From contig OZ241826.1 of the NCBI GenBank assembly GCA_965202585.1, forward strand, positions 91,574,001 to 91,638,000: a stretch of 64,000 nucleotides of DNA, read 5' to 3'. A model generated the notes under the pieces. That model ran no database searches and was not told the origin of the DNA. It worked only from the letters and a program-made list of their open reading frames with translations. The translations under genes were made by a program, and so were the position numbers. Positions within the stretch are counted from its first letter, which is position 1. Each line of letters opens with the position of its first letter. The DNA is from Thalia democratica (Eukaryota). Shown piece after piece: positions 58,204 through 64,000 of the stretch.

Positions 58204-61088
58204 CAGGGTTCGGCAGGCAATTGGTTCTCGCGGGCCAAATTTCAAAATTCTCCGCGGGCCGCAGTTGTAGTTTTAATCAGTTTTTACTTTTGATCGGTTT
58301 AAGTCACATTTAGCTACTTATGGGGGTCTGACCTGGCCTATTTAAAAAGTATTTTTATTTTAAAGTCTAAAATTAATATTTAATACAATACTTATGTCGT
58401 AATATTATTTCTATCATTGTTTATAAACTTACTTAAATAAAACTATAATTTTGTTCTTTTTACTACCACCTAACTCTTTAACAATGAAGTATGCAATCTA
58501 TCAGACGTATTTTGTTTGAAAAAAATTACACGATACGGAGCAACAATAAAAGATCAACTACAAACACAGTGATGAAAAAAAACAATTAATAAAATTTTAT
58601 ACCTATTTCCTCTTCTAGTTCATTTTCATTAAGTGTTGTTTTTTTTTATCTCTTTCTTCCAGTCTCTTGAAATTTGTAGATAGCCATTTCACGTAGTCAT
58701 TTACAAGCAATTCTCACTGACATCTGTAAAAACCTAAGCTCAAAAAACAGATGTGGATCACTTTGTACACTTTTTACATAATCAACTTCAGTTTTTATTT
58801 AGTTATTATTTAATTTTAAATTGTTGAAAATAATCTTTATACATATAATACATTGCACAGCACATACTTTAAGTTTCAGTTATTTTGTTAAGTTAACTAA
58901 ATGTAAACAAAACTTATATTATTGATTTCATTTTAAGCAGCGCAAGTTTTTCTTTTGGAACCCTCAAATACTTTAATAATATATTTAAAGTTTTCTTGGT
59001 TGCAACGTTTTGAAACTAAAAATTTATAATCAGATGCATCAAACCAGTCAGTGTTTTTAAAAAATAAAAAAATCTACAAAAGCTGAGATTGAAATTTTGC
59101 CATTTAAACAAAATATTTTACAAGAAAAAACATTTCAGTTTTAGTAAATAGTTTTTGATTTCTTTTGAAAGTATCTTTGCAAATTTCAATATAGTGACAA
59201 AATAGTTAAAAAAGAAAAATTTTTCTGATCACATGTCAAAGCAAAGACCTAAATTATAAAGAATTGACGACTTAACTGTAATGTCCGCATAGTGTTTGTA
59301 CACATAAAAACTTTTATACTAAATAAAATTGCTTATTGCATTGCCAACTTAGTGAATCTAAAAAACTTTCCAATCCAAGTACAAAAGCTTTTGCATACAC
59401 TCAAAGCTGCTGTTGTTTAAAAAGAAAAGCATAATCTAAACGCAAAAAACTAACTGCTAGAACTACTATCTGTCTTTTTTTACATGGTTTAGCTTAAGCA
59501 GTGAAGATATCATATGGTTTTAAAATGATATTATGGAACTTAAAATCAAAACCAATATTTTTTTTTCTTTTGAAAAAAACAATTTAAAGTATAGTTTTGT
59601 TTAGCGGGCCAAATTTACATGATAGCCGGCCGCAGCTTTTTCTTTCGCGGGCCGCATTCCATTTAAACAAAAAATAAGCTTGCGGGCCGCAGATTTACAC
59701 TTCGATGGCCGCACTTGGTCCGTGAGCCGCAGTTTGTTGACCCCTGGTTTAGAGTCTAAAATAATTATTTAACAAAATATTTATGTCGTAATATCATTTT
59801 TACCATTATTTATAAATTTATTTAAATGAAACAATAATTTTGTTCTTTTTACTACCACCTAACTCTTTAATAATAAAACAAGCAATCTATCAGACATTTT
59901 TGTTTGAAAAAAACTTAAACAACAATAAAAGATCAACTACAAACACAGCGATGCAATAAAACAATTAATAAAACTTGAAAATCATTTCCTCTTCTAGTTT
60001 GGTTTCATGAAGTGTTGTTTTTTTCTCTTTCTTCGAGTCTCTTGCAATTTGTAGATAGCAATTTCACTTTTCATTTACAAGCAATTCTCACTGACATCTG
60101 TAAAAAACTAAGCTCAAAAAACAGATGTGGATCACTTTGTACACTTTTTGTATTAACTTTCTACATTTCAATACATTGCACAGCACATATTTAAAGTTTC
60201 AGTTATTCTGTTAAGTTAACTAAAATATAAACAAAACATATATTATTTTTTTAATTTTAAACGGCGTAAGTTTTTATTTAAAAACCGTTAAACGATTTAA
60301 TAATGTTTTTAAAGTTTTCTTGGTTGCAAATTTTTGAAACAAAAAAGTTACAATCAATTACATCAAATCAATAACTATTTTTATAAGTTAGAAATATGTA
60401 AAGAAAACAAGATTGAAAAACTTTGCCATTTAAACAAACAGTTTACAAATTAAAAAAAAAGTTTTAGTAAATAGTTTTTGATATCTTTTCAATATTTCTT
60501 TGCAAATTTCAATATAGTGATAAAACAATTATAAAAGAAACATTTTATAATCACATGTCAACCCAAAGACCTAGATTATAAAGAATTGACATGTTAGTAA
60601 AACACTGTAATGTTTGCACAGTGTTTGTACATATAAAAATCGTTCTACTAAATAAAATTACTTATTGCATTGCCAACTTACTGTATCTAAGAAACACTCC
60701 AATCCTAGTACGTAAGCTTTTGTATACACTCCAAGATGCTGTTATTTGTATGAAAAAACAAAATCTAAATTTTAAAGAAAAACTGCTAAAACTACTATAT
60801 GTCTTTTTTCACATATTTATGCTCAACCAGTAATGATAATAAATGGTTTTTAATTGATATCCAGGAACTTAAAAGCAAAACTTATAAAAACACTGTTTTT
60901 TTTTTATTAGAAAAAGTCAATTTAAAATATAGTTTTGTTTAGCATGTCAAATTTACATACTCGAGGACCACATTTACATGCTCGCGGGCCGCAGGTTTTT
61001 CTTTCACGGGCCGCATTCCATTTAAATAAAAAGACATTCTCGCGGGCCGCAGATTTACACTTCATGGGCCGCAGTTAGCCGACCTCTA
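58204..61088 (-). mobile_element. Second, diverged copy of the 23165-26390 hAT family in reverse orientation, with a tandem partial duplication
   Basis: 58204 cagggttcggcaggc is the reverse complement of the right end of the intron-44 element. One copy ends at 59746 (ttgacccctg). The stretch 59750-61088 repeats about 58360-59746 (period ~1.39 kb) and ends in a second decayed terminus (gccgacctcta). No matching TSD is seen. Confidence 0.8.
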
Positions 61089-61807
61089 ATTTAATGAATG
61101 AAACATATCCAATTTGTTTTGAAGCTTCAGTTGGTTTTCATCAATTTGTTTTTCTATTAGTTGTTTCAAAACAGTAAAATATAATTGAAATTGTGTTGAG
61201 TCTAAAATAAATAAAAGTGTATTCAAATGATAAACCTCTTTTTTAAAATAACCATACAAGTAAGTTTTTGTGAGTGTTGTATATAGATTTTTATATAAAA
61301 AATAAATAATGAACTCTAATAATTACAGTCAATGGACTGAAGTGGAAAACACTTATACGTCTCAAGCTACACACAATAAATTTTAAAAACACTGGTTTAA
61401 GTTATTTTATTTTTTAGTGATAAGAGAACATTTTTTTAAATAAAAAATAAGGAAAAATATATATATGTTGCATTACTTTGTAAGTTGTTTCAAACATTTA
61501 TTTTAATAAATAAGTGTATGTTTTTAATTAGAATTTGTAACTTTTAGATTCATAACATTCATTTTATATTCATTCATATTAGATAACATACATTCTTCTA
61601 CTTCATGATTTTTCTTGATGAATTCCATGGAATATATTCTGATGATAAAGTTGTTAGTTTAGCATTTTAAATGCTACATTGGAGAGCATGTGCAAAATTT
61701 TTCTTTGAAGGGGAAGTTTTTTTCTAAGCATAATTACCTCTTAAATGTTTACTATAGTAAAGTAAATTAATATCTATAGAATTTTAAATCAAGGACAAAC
61801 GCTTTAA

Positions 61808-61838
<31 letters not shown>

Positions 61839-62149
61839 AGTTTAAGTTTCAAATTATGGATTTATGGCTCCTTTACTAGTTATGCCCTTCAGCCCCTTTA
61901 CAGCTAATGGCCCCCAAGTGGGCCATCTGACCAGCTTGAAATAATTTTGGTTTAAACTCTTTTATTTTGGTATAACTCTAGTTTTAACTCTATGCTCTAG
62001 TTTTCTACTACAAAAGAGTTTATCCAGTTTCAATTTAAGTGGCACACAACTCTTATTTTAGGGAACAGGTCAAAATTGCATGATGTTCAATTTTGAAACC
62101 GAGGGTCATTTTGCACTAGAGTAAAAAATTTATAAAAAACAAAGAAAAA

Positions 62150-62591
62150 AAAACTACGGACTGAGGGTAAGGGTTAAGTTTAAGGGCAGTAATGATATTA
62201 AAAAAAATAACAAATAAAAATTATTATTATTATTATAAATGAACAAATTAAAATAAATTAATTAAAAAGAAAAAAAAAAGCTACCGACCGAGGGTAAGGC
62301 TTAAAGGTATCAGTAATAGTAAAAAAAAAAGATAACTAATAAAAACTATTATTACTTAATATAATTGATAAACTTATTAAAAAGAAAAAAAAAACGCTAC
62401 CGACTAAGGGTAAGGGTTAAGAATAACAGTAATAGTATAAAAAAAGTTAAAAAAAAGAAGTTTAACCTGTGCAAAAATGTCTTCGTGCAAAGTTGTCTGC
62501 TGGTGCAAAAGTGTCTTTGTGCAAATGTTTTTTCAAGAAATTTTGTCCCCTTGAGCAATTTTGTACGCTCGTGCAAATTTGACAGCTACCC
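62150..62591 (-). repeat. Probable transposon end: three ctacc/ggac..agggtaagggttaag units plus a gtgcaaa repeat array ending gacagctaccc
   Basis: Telomere-like agggtaagggtt units at about 62155, 62282 and 62398. About five gtgcaaa repeats at 62470-62580. On the reverse strand this resembles the 57945-58075 array. Confidence 0.5.
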
Positions 62592-64000
62592 TTTACTTTG
62601 AAAATATTTGACATTTTTATTTTTACACTCCGGTAGAATTAAAAAGCAATTAATTTGCCTCAAATATTTTTTATGATTTACTCTCGTCAAAGTATTTGGA
62701 AATAACTTAGAAACTTTTAAATCATGCGTATAACTATAGCAGACCAGTTTTTATTAACAAATAGTTTCACAGAGTTAAAATAGGCACTATTAAACCAATT
62801 TTTTTAATCATTGACGTAGAACCATTTTTAATTAAAATGGTTTCTCAATAGAAGCGAAATTTTCCCCTAATCTCCTTTTACTTTGGGAGCTGTAACTAAA
62901 CACTGAAAAAACGTTTTAAGATAAAGTTCGGTGCTCGAGTAATCGTGTGGTTATTTTTAAATCTTGAACTTATAGTGCATTATACATTGTTTTATTTATT
63001 TTGTATCTATTACTGGTTTTATGATTTTTTATTGTTTTATTGTTTGTTTAGTTTTTAGACGATATGTTTTATGGCTTGCTGAAACATAAAACTGTTTTAA
63101 TAATGAGAGTATTTGTAGACTTTTTTTTGTTTTAGGACTTATTATAAATAGTAATTTTTTTTAAAGTATACTCTACTATAAATTCAAAGTTTTAATAGGT
63201 TGAATTTTGTTACTTCAACAAGGGTATAGTATAATAACAGTTTATTTTATTTTTTTTTTTCATATTTTTTTACCTTCATCCAAAGGCTTAAGTTGCTTAG
63301 GGGATTTTATTTTCAAAAATTCAACCAAGTTTGAAATTTCATTGGAAATTACAAGCTATTGATAAACCTAAGCATCATCTATTAGATTGTAGTTATTATT
63401 ATAAGTTTATTGAACAAATAAAAATGCTCAAAAAATTTGGTCCTAGGACCTGGTGCACGAAAAACCTTTCGGTTATCTAGTTGTTCTACACTACTTCAAT
63501 ACCATTTAAAGTTTTGTCCAGAACAAATATGAAATAATATATATGTAATATAAAAATAAAAAATGTAACACATATATGTAGCATGTAAAATGTTATAAAA
63601 ATTGACAGTATGTAAATGCTTAAAACTTCAATCAAAGGACCTAGTGTTGAGCAAGACATCTTGGTCTACAAACAAATAGTTTGTCTCTACTGTGTTTAGC
63701 TGCACATGTAGTTGCAATATTGATAAACTTGAGTGGCCTAATTGCTAAGGGATATCAATACTAGCATTGAAATCTCTCTGAGTTGTACATTACAAAATAA
63801 AATTCAGTTGTGGACACATATGAAAATTAGAAAAAAATAGTAAAAGTTTTTTGGAAATTTTCTAAGCTTGACTTATAGTTTTTGTAGCAATATAAATTTT
63901 TATAATAGAAATATCAATCTAAATTTCTAAAAAATAAATTAAACTTAGAGAATAGCTCAAAACAGAGTTTAAAAAATTGGTGTGTAGCTCAATGATCAAA

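Overview
AT-rich, intron-rich eukaryotic genomic DNA, most likely an invertebrate animal (the taxon cannot be named from sequence alone). Bases 39-41877 (+) hold the 3' ~80% of an axonemal outer-arm dynein beta heavy chain (DNAH9/11/17 group). I traced it by hand through 70 GT-AG exons (10,875 nt, 3,624 aa plus stop, frame continuous). Two minus-strand genes follow. One is a small single-pass membrane protein with a signal peptide, a PLAC-like Cys motif and a C-terminal PPxY (about 44564-46660). The other is a spliced gene joining a USP/peptidase-C19 deubiquitinase domain to three C2H2 zinc fingers (49933-53666). The remainder contains a decayed Penelope-like RT, an orphan TUBGCP3-like exon and several non-autonomous DNA transposons. 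The most striking signals are four: (1) the USP-C2H2 fusion; (2) an unusual splice code, with 38/69 donors GTT, 13/70 acceptors AAG, A/C-rich rather than polypyrimidine 3' ends, and often complementary intron ends; (3) duplicated exon ends with intact-looking splice sites in about a quarter of the dynein introns; (4) GC3 that swings from about 30% to 95% between exons of the same gene. All coordinates and counts were read manually; no database searches were run.
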